A DNA stretch of 64,000 bases, taken from an uncultured delta proteobacterium. GTDB lineage: Bacteria > Desulfobacterota > Syntrophia > Syntrophales > UBA2185. Position 1 is the stretch's first letter. Each line of letters opens with the position of its first letter. The stretch lies in assembly GCA_963695875.1 (NCBI GenBank), contig CAVOID010000008.1, positions 160,001 through 224,000 on the forward strand, given 5' to 3'. Shown here piece by piece: positions 41,543-51,639 of the stretch. Under the pieces are notes generated by a model. The model searched no databases and was not told the origin of the DNA. It worked only from the letters and a program-made list of their open reading frames with translations. Both the position numbers and the translations under genes were made by a program.

Positions 41543-44038
41543 TTATTTGTAGGAACTGTAGGCTATATTCTTACCGTCTGTTGTAACATCAACGGCACCA
41601 TTTATATCAGTTCTCAATATCTTCGTTCCAAGCTGTAGGTATCTTTTGAGAACATCAGGGCGGGGGTCGTTATAGACGTTGTCCGCACCGCAACTGATCA
41701 CGGCAATTTCCGGTTTTACGCTATTAAGAAATGGTATAGTACTGGAAGTGAGGCCGCCATGGTGAGGGACAAGTATGACCTGGCTCCTGAGATTTTTGCC
41801 TGATTTGACGAGGCTGGTTTCCGTAGGTTCAGATATGTCTGAAGGCAACAGGATACTGACATTACCAAGCGTTAACTTCATCACAATGGCGTCATTGTTT
41901 GTTTCGTCAAACTTCCTGGACAAGTCATTCATCGAGTCAATTGACTTTGGCGGATTCAGGATAGTAATCGTAGCGCCATTGATTGTTATATTGCCGGTAT
42001 CTTCTGTGATGAGCCTGTGGGTTATGTTCTTTTCATTTATGATCTTTGCAAAATCTTTGTATGTCTCTATTTCTGCAGCTTCGCCATTTGACCAAACCTC
42101 TTTAACGTCAAAATTTGACAGAATATGAAGCAACCCGTTGAGGTGATCGGGATGGGGATGCGTCAGGACTACAATGTCGATATTTTTTATCCTTTCATGC
42201 CATAAATACGGGGCAACTACATACTTTCCAATATCAAAAATATTTTCGTAAGATCCACCGCCGTCTACAAGGACCTTTTTGCCTCCAGGCAATCTGATCA
42301 GGGAGGAGCTGCCCTGTCCGACGTCGATGTATGTAATTTTGAGGCTTTCACTGTTATCTTTTATATGTATGTATGCAGCCTCAATTATAAAAAAGAGCGC
42401 GAGGACTGCAAGTATAACGCGATACAGTAGAGGACTAATTGTGCTTTTTATCTTAAAGGCATTGCTTTCATCACGTTTTATGAAATCAATGAGCTTTACC
42501 GCGGCTATAAGAAACAGATAGTAGGCTGTAATCTCCAGTACTGTGGGCGTGGTTATAAAAACAGATGAACTTGGGATTGAAGCGAAGAGATCGACCATTG
42601 AGACGGAGATCCGCACAAGAAAAGATGAAATATCTAAAAAAAGTATAGCTAACGCATTTGATAATGGGGCAACGAGGATAATGGCCGTACATACAGGAAT
42701 GGCAATAATGCCAAGTATGGGGACGACGATCAGATTTGAAAGAAGTACTACGGTTGACATCCTGTTAAAATAAAAAACAATTAAAGGAAGAGTCCCCAGT
42801 GTTGCACTTAGGGATACACCAAGAAATATATAGATATTATTAAGAATCTTCTTTGTCATGGCTCTATGTCTTGATTCATCTTCGGTTTTTCGCTGGGGGA
42901 TCATCGAGGTCAATCTGGGTGTGATGAAAAGAATAGCCCATACTGCCACAAATGAAAGCTGAAAGGAAACGTCAAATAGGGAAGGGGGATAAATAACGAG
43001 TATTATCAATGCAGCAAGGGCTAAACTGTTATAAAGGTCCCTCTCCTTGCCCAGAATGATAGCTATCATAAAGGTCACAGCCATGATAGCGGCACGAACC
43101 ACGGATACACCCATACCTGCTATGAAGGTATAAATTATTACCGGAATTATTGCGCATATGGTAGAGACTTTGAAAATATTGAACCTCAAGAGAAGATATG
43201 TCGAGGATTTCATGATTAATCTAATGACAATGAATGACAGGAACGCAACAATGCCTATGTTAAATCCGGAAATTGCGATAATGTGTGTTGTCCCGGTCTT
43301 GTTGAACTTATCCATTACTTCCTTCGGGATTTCCTTCTGATCTCCAAGGATCATTGCCTGGATAATTTCTCCTTCAGGTGATGAAGAATTATCCCTGATC
43401 AGTCTTTTTAAGCTTCTTCTCATTCGTTCAAGGTATAACTTGAAAATATTCCCCTGATTTTCTCTCAAAACCACAAGTCCAGAGGGTTCCTTGATAAACC
43501 CGCGAGCCATTATTCCTCTGTATCTGAGGTGCTTTACATAATCAAAGCCGCCGGGATTCCGAAAACTGTGCGGTGCCTTAAGCCTGGTCTTGAATCGTAT
43601 GAAATCCCCATATTTAAGTTCCTGGTTACCGTTGACACTTAGCAGTACGAGGCCCTCAATGGGTATAATGGCATCATCATCATCATGAATGAGCCTGACT
43701 GTTGAAACGGTTAGCTCCATACGGTCAGTTGACACCTCAGGATTTTCTGAGATTATTCCTTCAACAATCAGCTTCTCTGTGCCGATATAATTTATAATGT
43801 GTTGTGATCCGGGATCCTTATACAGATAAAGGTTAATGTCCAGAATACCAATAATGACTGAGGAAAGAACGAGGAGGACAGCTATGACTCTGGTCGACTT
43901 CTTATGCGATGCGAGGAGCATCAGCATTAACGTGACGAGGAGAGCTGTCAGTAACGGCAGGTCTGAAAATTGATAATAATTACCAATCGTAATTCCTGCG
44001 ACAAAGGAAGTAAGGATAGGAATTAATGGTCGTTCCAT
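41543..44038 (-). CDS. comEC: DNA internalization competence protein ComEC/Rec2
   Basis: DUF4131 region, HIIAISGFN, SFQLSF, DVGQG, THPHPDH and VPHHG. Confidence 0.93.
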   Translation of the reverse strand: MERPLIPILTSFVAGITIGNYYQFSDLPLLTALLVTLMLMLLASHKKSTRVIAVLLVLSSVIIGILDINLYLYKDPGSQHIINYIGTEKLIVEGIISENPEVSTDRMELTVSTVRLIHDDDDAIIPIEGLVLLSVNGNQELKYGDFIRFKTRLKAPHSFRNPGGFDYVKHLRYRGIMARGFIKEPSGLVVLRENQGNIFKLYLERMRRSLKRLIRDNSSSPEGEIIQAMILGDQKEIPKEVMDKFNKTGTTHIIAISGFNIGIVAFLSFIVIRLIMKSSTYLLLRFNIFKVSTICAIIPVIIYTFIAGMGVSVVRAAIMAVTFMIAIILGKERDLYNSLALAALIILVIYPPSLFDVSFQLSFVAVWAILFITPRLTSMIPQRKTEDESRHRAMTKKILNNIYIFLGVSLSATLGTLPLIVFYFNRMSTVVLLSNLIVVPILGIIAIPVCTAIILVAPLSNALAILFLDISSFLVRISVSMVDLFASIPSSSVFITTPTVLEITAYYLFLIAAVKLIDFIKRDESNAFKIKSTISPLLYRVILAVLALFFIIEAAYIHIKDNSESLKITYIDVGQGSSSLIRLPGGKKVLVDGGGSYENIFDIGKYVVAPYLWHERIKNIDIVVLTHPHPDHLNGLLHILSNFDVKEVWSNGEAAEIETYKDFAKIINEKNITHRLITEDTGNITINGATITILNPPKSIDSMNDLSRKFDETNNDAIVMKLTLGNVSILLPSDISEPTETSLVKSGKNLRSQVILVPHHGGLTSSTIPFLNSVKPEIAVISCGADNVYNDPRPDVLKRYLQLGTKILRTDINGAVDVTTDGKNIAYSSYK

Positions 44039-44269
44039 AGTTTGTGCTAATTTGATTCTTTAATAATTAAGGATAAATACAATGCAGGAGGAGCCTACCC
44101 CGTGAAGGCAGGGGGACCTTTTAAACGCCGTCAAATTTGTTAGATTTAATTCTAATTTTATAATACCATGCCGTCAATGGTATATACAGTAAACTTTGCA
44201 TTGATAATCTTTATTTTGTATATCGAGGGATACTCATTAATCAGGTAGTGATACAAAAAGAGCGATCAA

Positions 44270-45934
44270 ATGTTACATGAAGAAAATATGGCTTCGAGAC
44301 TTCGATGGTTAGTGATATCGAGAGTCGCAATCGTAACCTTTCTTTTAGGTATAACCACATTCTTTAATATACAGAAAACAGAACTACTGCCTGAGACGTC
44401 GATCACATCACTTTATATCATTTTTGCACTAACCTACTTCCTTTCAGTAGTTTACTTAATTCTTTTAAAGTTTGTTAAAAACCCCAAATTGAACGTATAC
44501 ATCCAGACCTTCTCAGATGTGGCATTGATAACAGGTCTTGTGTACGTAACAGGTGGAATTAGAAGTATATACTCGGTTCTTTATCCTTTGGTTATCATAT
44601 ACTCAGTTTTGTTTTTAGGAAAAAGAGGCGGACTCATTATCGCCTCCATTTCCAGCATTCTATACGGCTTATTACTTGATTTTGAATATTACAACGTTAT
44701 TCCTCCGATAAAATCTGCGGCAATTCACGATTATGACTTGAGTGCAGGGTACGTCTTTTCGAGAATCTTCATACACATTTTATCTTTTTATATAATCGCA
44801 TTGGTTGCCAGTTATGCAGTTGAACAAGAGAAGAAAACAAGGGTGCTTCTTGCCGAGAAAAGAACTGCCTTTGACAAACTTGATTTATTACACAGGATTA
44901 TTATTCAATCGGTCGATACAGGTATTATGACAATCGATCTCCAGGGCAGGATAAAATCTTTTAACAGGGCTGCAGAAGTAATATCGGGATTTGCCTTCGC
45001 TGAAATAGAAAATAGAAATGTCGTTGAAATATTTCCAGGCTTCGCACAGATGAGGGAGATTCTCAACGGAGAAGATAAAAGAGGTTCGGCAAAAAACAGA
45101 TACCATATGGATTTCGTAAACAAGGAAAATCAAATATCGATATTAGGGTATTCGGTATCAACTCTTAAGGATAATAAAGAGAAAATAATTGGAGACATCG
45201 TGATATTCCAGGATCTTACATCTATAATCAAAATGGAAGAAGCCCTCGAAAGAAGTAGAAAGCTTGCCATCATAGGTGAAATGGCTGCAGGTCTTGCCCA
45301 CGAGATGAGAAACCCTCTTGCGTCAATCAGCGGATCAATTCAAATCCTCAATAAGGATCTTGAATTAGGTGCAACAGACGAGAGGCTAATGCGAATAATT
45401 CTCCGGGGGAAGGATCAGCTCGAAAGTATAATAAAGGATTTTCTGCTACTTGCGAGACCGGCGCCGGGAAACAAAGAAAACATTTTTATAAAGGAAATTA
45501 TAGATGATGTAGTTGAATCCATTCATTTTGTGCCTGACTGGAATGATGGCATCAAGGTTTTTCTTTCGCTATCGGATAATTTGACAGTTCATGCAAACAA
45601 GACGGAAATGAAGGAAGTAATGTGGAACCTTATCCTGAATGCTGTTCAAGCTATGCCCGATGGGGGACTTTTGTCACTGGAGACGAGAAAGAAATTATCC
45701 GGTGATAATACAGATGAGTATCTTGAGATACTGGTGAGTGATACTGGTTGTGGCATTGATGAAACATATTTGAATCAGATTTTTGAACCGTTTTTCACGA
45801 CAAAGGAGAGAGGAACAGGCCTCGGTCTCGCCATAGTGAACAGAATTGTCGAGGGATATACCGGAACCATTAAGATTGAAAGCGAGATTGAAAGAGGGAC
45901 AACATGTACTATCTCTTTACCCTTTAATAAATAA
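44270..45934 (+). CDS. pilS: PilS-like sensor histidine kinase
   Basis: Six-TM N-terminus (TGGIRS), PAS domain, AHEMRNPL, NAVQAM and GTGLGL; adjacent to a pilR-like gene. Confidence 0.85.
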   Translation: MLHEENMASRLRWLVISRVAIVTFLLGITTFFNIQKTELLPETSITSLYIIFALTYFLSVVYLILLKFVKNPKLNVYIQTFSDVALITGLVYVTGGIRSIYSVLYPLVIIYSVLFLGKRGGLIIASISSILYGLLLDFEYYNVIPPIKSAAIHDYDLSAGYVFSRIFIHILSFYIIALVASYAVEQEKKTRVLLAEKRTAFDKLDLLHRIIIQSVDTGIMTIDLQGRIKSFNRAAEVISGFAFAEIENRNVVEIFPGFAQMREILNGEDKRGSAKNRYHMDFVNKENQISILGYSVSTLKDNKEKIIGDIVIFQDLTSIIKMEEALERSRKLAIIGEMAAGLAHEMRNPLASISGSIQILNKDLELGATDERLMRIILRGKDQLESIIKDFLLLARPAPGNKENIFIKEIIDDVVESIHFVPDWNDGIKVFLSLSDNLTVHANKTEMKEVMWNLILNAVQAMPDGGLLSLETRKKLSGDNTDEYLEILVSDTGCGIDETYLNQIFEPFFTTKERGTGLGLAIVNRIVEGYTGTIKIESEIERGTTCTISLPFNK

Positions 45935-45984
45935 CAGTATTGATGTATTGTGCAAAATAATTATGTTTTGCAGGGGAATGTCGA

Positions 45985-47349
45985 ATGGCAAAGATTCTAG
46001 TCGTGGATGACGATCAAGGAATGAGAGAATTTCTTGAAATCATGCTAACTAAAGAGGGGCATGACGTGACAAGTGCAGTTGATGCAACGAAAGCCCTGAA
46101 CCGTTGCAAGAAGGATCATTTTGATCTCATACTTACAGATTTAAAGATGCCAAAAGTCGATGGAATTGAATTTCTGAAATCAGTCAAGGATGTTTCTCCG
46201 GAAACAATGGTAATACTGATTACTGCCTATGCATCTCCGGAAACGGCAGTATCCGCCATGAAAGAAGGGGCATACGACTATATAGAGAAAGGCATTGATG
46301 TAGAAGAACTAAAGTCAATCATCAGCGGTGCTCTTGATAAGAAAGGGGTCGGGGAAACTGATGCTTTATTTATAAAGGTAGTTGAAGATGCCGTTTCATT
46401 CAGCAATATGATAGGGAAAAGCAGAGGCATGCTCAACGTATATAAAGACATTAAAAAAGTGGCAGAAACTCCGACAAACGTTTTAATCCTAGGTGAAAGT
46501 GGAACAGGCAAGGAACTTGTCGCTAAAGCTATCCATGAAAACAGCCCCAGGAAAAAAATGCCCTTTACTGTTGTTAACTGCGGTGGCGTTCCTGAAAGTC
46601 TGCTTGAGAGTGAATTCTTTGGTCATATGAAGGGTTCCTTTACCGGAGCACACGTCGATAAGCCCGGGCTTTTTGAGATCGCAAAAAATGGAACTATATT
46701 TCTGGATGAAATCGGTGAGTTACCCCCATATCTTCAAGTAAAACTTCTTAGAGTTGTGCAGGAAAAGACGTTCAGAAGGGTAGGGGGCGCGGAGGATATC
46801 AAAGTAGATGTCAGAATTATCTCAGCCACGAATAAGAATCTGGAAAAGAAAGTTAAGGATGGCTCCTTCAGGGAGGATTTATTTTATCGCCTCAATGTCA
46901 TACCAATACATGTGCCGCCCTTGAGAGAACGTAAGGAGGATATCCCTGTCTTAACTAAACATTTCATTGAAAAGTATTCCACGGCGTTTGGCAAAGAAAT
47001 CAAAACGATTTCATCCTATGCCATGGAACTCCTCATGAACTATCCATTTCCCGGCAATGTCAGAGAACTTGAGAATATTATTGAACGCAGTGTTGCTCTG
47101 GAAACATCAAATATCATATTGCCGGAGAATCTTTTAATATCGGGAAATATACAGGATGTAAGCGACTTTTCGGATGTTAACATACCGGATGATGGAATAG
47201 ACTTGAATGATGAAGTGGCAAAGTATGAGAGGTGCTTAATAGAGGAAGCTCTGAAGAAGGTGAAAGGATCTAAGACGAAAGCTGCTGAGATGCTTCGGGT
47301 AAGTTTTGATTCATTACGATACAGGATTGAAAAACTCGGCATAGACTGA
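45985..47349 (+). CDS. pilR: sigma-54-dependent response regulator (PilR/NtrC family)
   Basis: REC domain, GESGTGKE, ESEFFGHMKGSFTGA, FREDLFYRL, FPGNVREL and a C-terminal HTH. Confidence 0.85.
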   Translation: MAKILVVDDDQGMREFLEIMLTKEGHDVTSAVDATKALNRCKKDHFDLILTDLKMPKVDGIEFLKSVKDVSPETMVILITAYASPETAVSAMKEGAYDYIEKGIDVEELKSIISGALDKKGVGETDALFIKVVEDAVSFSNMIGKSRGMLNVYKDIKKVAETPTNVLILGESGTGKELVAKAIHENSPRKKMPFTVVNCGGVPESLLESEFFGHMKGSFTGAHVDKPGLFEIAKNGTIFLDEIGELPPYLQVKLLRVVQEKTFRRVGGAEDIKVDVRIISATNKNLEKKVKDGSFREDLFYRLNVIPIHVPPLRERKEDIPVLTKHFIEKYSTAFGKEIKTISSYAMELLMNYPFPGNVRELENIIERSVALETSNIILPENLLISGNIQDVSDFSDVNIPDDGIDLNDEVAKYERCLIEEALKKVKGSKTKAAEMLRVSFDSLRYRIEKLGID

Positions 47350-47368
47350 AATTAATAAGAATTTGCAC

Positions 47369-47397
47369 TTGACATTGATGCGGTTTGGTTTTATAAG
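47369..47397 (+). promoter_or_regulatory. sigma-70 promoter of the Phe-leader operon
   Basis: TTGACA-17 bp-TATAAG. Confidence 0.75.
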
Positions 47398-47429
47398 CAC
47401 GCCACGGGAAGAATTAAAGTAAGAGGGAA

Positions 47430-47513
47430 ATGATGGACATGCTGTGCATAAGGGTACAAATATTTTTTACTTTTTTTGCATTTTTTAGTGGGGTCTGCCT
47501 GCCGCGCTCATGA
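47430..47513 (+). CDS. phenylalanine-rich leader peptide MMDMLCIRVQIFFTFFAFFSGVCLPRS
   Basis: 27-aa uORF with RBS AGAGGG and six TTT codons in FFTFFAFF; its 3' end is the antiterminator arm. Confidence 0.85.
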   Translation: MMDMLCIRVQIFFTFFAFFSGVCLPRS

Positions 47514-47610
47514 CCTGGAATTGTTAATAGAGCCGCGGGCAGACCGTTTAGCTGTCCGCGGCTTTTTTTATGTAAAAGGCTGTGGATTCTCCAGAGCCTT
47601 TTTTTATTTT
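47492..47610 (+). promoter_or_regulatory. Phe-responsive transcription attenuator: antiterminator plus two tandem terminators
   Basis: Antiterminator GGTCTGCCTGC (47492-47502)/GCGGGCAGACC (47535-47545). Terminator 1 AGCCGCGGGCAG/CTGTCCGCGGCT plus U-tract. Terminator 2 AAAAGGCT-G-TGGA/TCCA-G-AGCCTTTT plus U-tract. Confidence 0.85.
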
Positions 47611-47624
47611 ACAGGGGGATTGAT

Positions 47625-48830
47625 ATGAAAAAAATATTCTATGGGATTCTTTGCACAGTACTTACGGGATTCATTCCTTTGTGTCTTATTTCGGGCGCAG
47701 ATGCGAAAACAATAAAAGTCGGTGCAGCAATAAACATGACTGGTCCTGCATCCACCTGGGGGCAATTTCATGCCAAGGGTCAGCAGGACTATTTCCGGTA
47801 CGTAAACGAGGTTAAAGGCGGCGTCGGAGGGAACAAGATCGAAATGATTCTTGTTGATACGGGGTACAAAGTCCCGGAGGCTGTCTCGGCTGTGAAAAGA
47901 TTTGCCATTCAGGATGAAGTTGATATGATTGCAACCTGGAGTGCCGGCGAAGGGCTGGCAGCAAAACCGATTATCCAGCAATATAAAATACCAGCCATCA
48001 ATTATTCTACGAGCTGGGAGATTCTTGAGTCACCGATAAGCTACATGTATTTGCCCTTTGGCAGCTATCGGTTGGACAGTTATGCAATTCTCGAATACAT
48101 ACGCACTATACACAAGGGAAAAGATGCACCGAAGGTAGGACTTTTGACATATAACAACGCATATGGCCGCTCTATACATCAACCTTGCAAGGAATACGCA
48201 AAAAAAATAAATATTAACATTGTTGCCATTGAAGAGTTTCCGCCGAAGACTGTGGATTTAACCACTGAATTGCTGCGTTTGCAGAAAAGCGGTGCGGAAT
48301 ATGTATTCATGCAAATACTTCCTGCCGCTATTATAACGGCATTCAAGAGTGCGGACCGCATCAATTATAACCCGGCATTTTTCGGTACCTGGACATCAAC
48401 AGACCCTGATTTTTTTAAGCTTGGCAAGGGCTTGATAAAAGATCGCCTGCGCATTCAGTTTTCAGGAGGTCTCCCTGTTGATAAGAGTCAGGGCATGAAA
48501 GTTATGACGGAACTGTGGAAACGCTACAAAACGGTCGATAAGTTCGATGCCTCATACTGGGAAGGCGTAGTGATAGGCATGATAATGGAAAGGGCATTCA
48601 TCCGGGCCAATCAAAAATATAAAGTAATCAACAGAGAAACAATCAACAAGGCTATGGAGTCGTTTAAGAATGAAGATTTTGGCGGTCTTGTTCCGAATAT
48701 TACATACGCAGCGGATGATCATGGGGGATCATTCAAAGCCAGGATTGTAAAAGTCAGAGAAGACGGTTCATATGCACCTATGACGAATTTCTTTAATCCC
48801 CTGAAGGAAAAGATCAAGTTATTGAAGTAA
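47625..48830 (+). CDS. ABC transporter substrate-binding protein (LivJ/HAAT family)
   Basis: Signal peptide, IKVGAAINMTGPA, VNEVKGGV.G.KIE..LVDTGY and NNAYGRS. Confidence 0.9.
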   Translation: MKKIFYGILCTVLTGFIPLCLISGADAKTIKVGAAINMTGPASTWGQFHAKGQQDYFRYVNEVKGGVGGNKIEMILVDTGYKVPEAVSAVKRFAIQDEVDMIATWSAGEGLAAKPIIQQYKIPAINYSTSWEILESPISYMYLPFGSYRLDSYAILEYIRTIHKGKDAPKVGLLTYNNAYGRSIHQPCKEYAKKININIVAIEEFPPKTVDLTTELLRLQKSGAEYVFMQILPAAIITAFKSADRINYNPAFFGTWTSTDPDFFKLGKGLIKDRLRIQFSGGLPVDKSQGMKVMTELWKRYKTVDKFDASYWEGVVIGMIMERAFIRANQKYKVINRETINKAMESFKNEDFGGLVPNITYAADDHGGSFKARIVKVREDGSYAPMTNFFNPLKEKIKLLK

Positions 48831-48843
48831 CCGTATCGGATCT

Positions 48844-49671
48844 ATGAAAGCATATCGAGGAAAACCAAGCATATTCGATACCCGGAATGCGGAAGATAGG
48901 ATTGCAGAACTTAATGTCTGTAACCTTTCCTTGAGTTTTGGCGGTGTCAAGGCACTGAGCGATATCGATCTTTCTGTGAGTACCGGTGAACTGGTGGCAA
49001 TCATTGGGCCGAACGGTGCCGGAAAGACAAGTCTTTTGAACTGTATAACGGGCTTCTACAGACCGCAGAAGGGACGCATTCTTTTTAACGGCAAGGATAT
49101 AACTCATTTGCCACCTCACCATCTTGTCCGGATAGGCATAGGAAGGACTTTTCAAAACATCGAGCTGTTTCCCGGCATGACAGTTCTATCAAACATGCTT
49201 CTTGCTCGCCATAACCACTGCAAATATGGGATCGCTCCGGCTTGTCTTTTCTCATCATCAATACGAAAAGAGGAGATTCATCACCGTCGCGTCCTGGAAG
49301 AACTGATCGATTTTTTGGAAATCCAGGCCATCAGGAAAAAGACTGTGGGATCATTGCCGTACGGTTTGATGAAGAGGGTTGAACTGGGCCGTGCACTTGC
49401 CCTGGAGCCGGCTCTTCTGATTCTTGATGAACCATTCGCAGGAATGAACCTCGAAGAGAAGGAAGACATGGTACGTTTCTTGACAGAGATGAACCAAGCG
49501 TGGGGTCAGACGATGATTCTGGTAGAACATGACATGTCTATAGTGATGAGTATTTCTCAGCGAATTGTAGTATTGAACTTCGGTGAAAAACTGGCTGAGG
49601 GTAACCCGGATCAAATCAGAAACCATCCAGAGGTAATCAAAGCATATCTCGGTGATACAGTCAGTGTTTGA
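48844..49671 (+). CDS. ABC transporter ATP-binding protein (LivG-like)
   Basis: FGGVKAL, GPNGAGKT, RTFQNIELF, LPYG, LDEP, VEHDM and VIKAYLG. Confidence 0.92.
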   Translation: MKAYRGKPSIFDTRNAEDRIAELNVCNLSLSFGGVKALSDIDLSVSTGELVAIIGPNGAGKTSLLNCITGFYRPQKGRILFNGKDITHLPPHHLVRIGIGRTFQNIELFPGMTVLSNMLLARHNHCKYGIAPACLFSSSIRKEEIHHRRVLEELIDFLEIQAIRKKTVGSLPYGLMKRVELGRALALEPALLILDEPFAGMNLEEKEDMVRFLTEMNQAWGQTMILVEHDMSIVMSISQRIVVLNFGEKLAEGNPDQIRNHPEVIKAYLGDTVSV

Positions 49672-51629
49672 TGAATAAGGTATTTCCTGTGGCCAGTTAT
49701 AAAATTGCGGATGATGAAATACTTGCATCTTTATCTCAATATACGTTGCCCCAGATTTTGTCAAAGCAGGCGGAGAGACTCGGATCGGAAGAGACAGCTA
49801 TTCGAGAAAAGGCATATGGTATCTGGCAGACATATAGCTGGCAGGATTATTACCGATATGTGAAAAGAACCGGACTCGGCTTAATCGCTATCGGACTTAA
49901 AAAAGGGGACAATGTTGGCATCATTACAAACAACGTCCCGGAATGGCTCTTTAGTGAAATCGGCTGTCAGTCAGTCGGCGGGATATCCCTCAATCTTTTT
50001 ACGTCTTCTGTTGCGGAAGAATTGTGTCATGCCCTGAGTCGTATTAAAGCGGCCTATATCATCGCCCAGGACCAGGAGCAGGTAGACAAGATAATTGAAA
50101 GTCGTGAGAAACTGACTCATGTTTGCCGGGTCATCTATATAGATCCAACTGGGATGAGGACATATAAAGACAACCCCTGGCTACTCAGTTTTTCTGATCT
50201 TTTAGAGTTAGGCGAGAATCTTGACCGTGAAAAGCCTGATTTTTTTTCAGAGGAATTGCAGAAGGGCAGGAGGGACAATATTGCCATAATGATACAGACC
50301 TCGGGGACGATGGGAATTTCAAAACTTGCCATGCTGTCACATCGGAACATAACCGAAATGGCCAGGAAGTGGGTGGAAGCTCTTCAAATAAAACCCGGGG
50401 GAAACTGGATTTCAATATCTCCGCCGGCATGGATTGTAGATCAGATGTGGGGAGTAGGTGTGGCGCTCCTGGGCGGGATGGTCATGAATTTTCCTGAAAT
50501 GCCGGATACGATAGCCGAAGATTTTCGAGAAATCGGATCATCAATTATCATCACGTCATCGCGTTTCTGGGAGGATCTGGCCTCACGTATTATGGTTAAA
50601 ATGGACGATGCCGGTTTTATCAGGCGTAACCTCTTTGTCTATTCCATTAGAATAGGGAAAAAGGTTGTGGGGATTCAATCACAAAAAAAGGTTGTTCCCG
50701 GATATCTGAATTTACTTTATCGAATTTCCTCAGTAATGATCTACAGACCCTTGCTCGATAGAGTAGGATGTGCCTGTTTTAAAGGCGCCTTTACGGGAGG
50801 TCATCCTATTAGTCCTGATGTGATTCATTTTTTTCGCGCTATTGGATTAAATCTTAAGCAGTGTTACGGTCTGACCGAAGCAGGTGGAATATTCCAGGTT
50901 CAGCCCGATGGCGAAGTAAAGCTGGAGTCAGTAGGGAAGCCGCTGCCCAGGACCCTTGTGAAAATAGCAGATGATCAGGAAGTTCTGGTCCAGAGTGATT
51001 CAAACTTTGTAGGATACTATAACGATTTCAGAGCGACAGAAGATGCCTTTGACGGCGGATGGCTCAGAACCGGTGACGCAGGTTATATAGATAAAGACGG
51101 TCATCTCGTGATTATCGGGCGTAAGGGCGATATTATCAAAAACAAAGACGGAGAAGCATTTTCACCGGATTTCATAGAGACACGTCTCAAGTTCAGTCCA
51201 TATATCAAGGAAGCCGTAATGTTTGGTGAGGGGCGTCCATACATCACCGCACTTATTAATATTGACATGGGCAACGTAGGGAACTGGGCTGAAGAGCGCA
51301 TGATACCGTACACAACATACATAGACCTGTCTCAACAATCAGCTGTTGAGGACCTCGTACTTGATGAAGTCAGAAGGGTAAATATCAATCTGCCGGATAC
51401 CATGAAGGTCCGGAAATTCATATTGCTCTATAAACTCCTGGATGCCGATGATGAGGAGCTGACGAGAACGGGGAAGGTGCGCAGGAGATTTATTTATGGA
51501 CTCTATCTTAAACTCATAGAAGCGATGTATACAGGAAGGGATCAGGTTGATATCAAAACAAAAATCCAGTATCGAGACGGGCAGATAGGCGAAATTGAAA
51601 CTACAGCGAAAATAATTAAGGTTATTTAA
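49668..51629 (+). CDS. long-chain-type acyl-CoA synthetase (AMP-binding)
   Basis: QTSGTMGISK, YGLTE, GWLRTGDAG, GRKGDII and ELTRTGKVRR motifs. Confidence 0.88.
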   Translation: MMNKVFPVASYKIADDEILASLSQYTLPQILSKQAERLGSEETAIREKAYGIWQTYSWQDYYRYVKRTGLGLIAIGLKKGDNVGIITNNVPEWLFSEIGCQSVGGISLNLFTSSVAEELCHALSRIKAAYIIAQDQEQVDKIIESREKLTHVCRVIYIDPTGMRTYKDNPWLLSFSDLLELGENLDREKPDFFSEELQKGRRDNIAIMIQTSGTMGISKLAMLSHRNITEMARKWVEALQIKPGGNWISISPPAWIVDQMWGVGVALLGGMVMNFPEMPDTIAEDFREIGSSIIITSSRFWEDLASRIMVKMDDAGFIRRNLFVYSIRIGKKVVGIQSQKKVVPGYLNLLYRISSVMIYRPLLDRVGCACFKGAFTGGHPISPDVIHFFRAIGLNLKQCYGLTEAGGIFQVQPDGEVKLESVGKPLPRTLVKIADDQEVLVQSDSNFVGYYNDFRATEDAFDGGWLRTGDAGYIDKDGHLVIIGRKGDIIKNKDGEAFSPDFIETRLKFSPYIKEAVMFGEGRPYITALINIDMGNVGNWAEERMIPYTTYIDLSQQSAVEDLVLDEVRRVNINLPDTMKVRKFILLYKLLDADDEELTRTGKVRRRFIYGLYLKLIEAMYTGRDQVDIKTKIQYRDGQIGEIETTAKIIKVI

Positions 51630-51639
51630 GGTATAGCTT

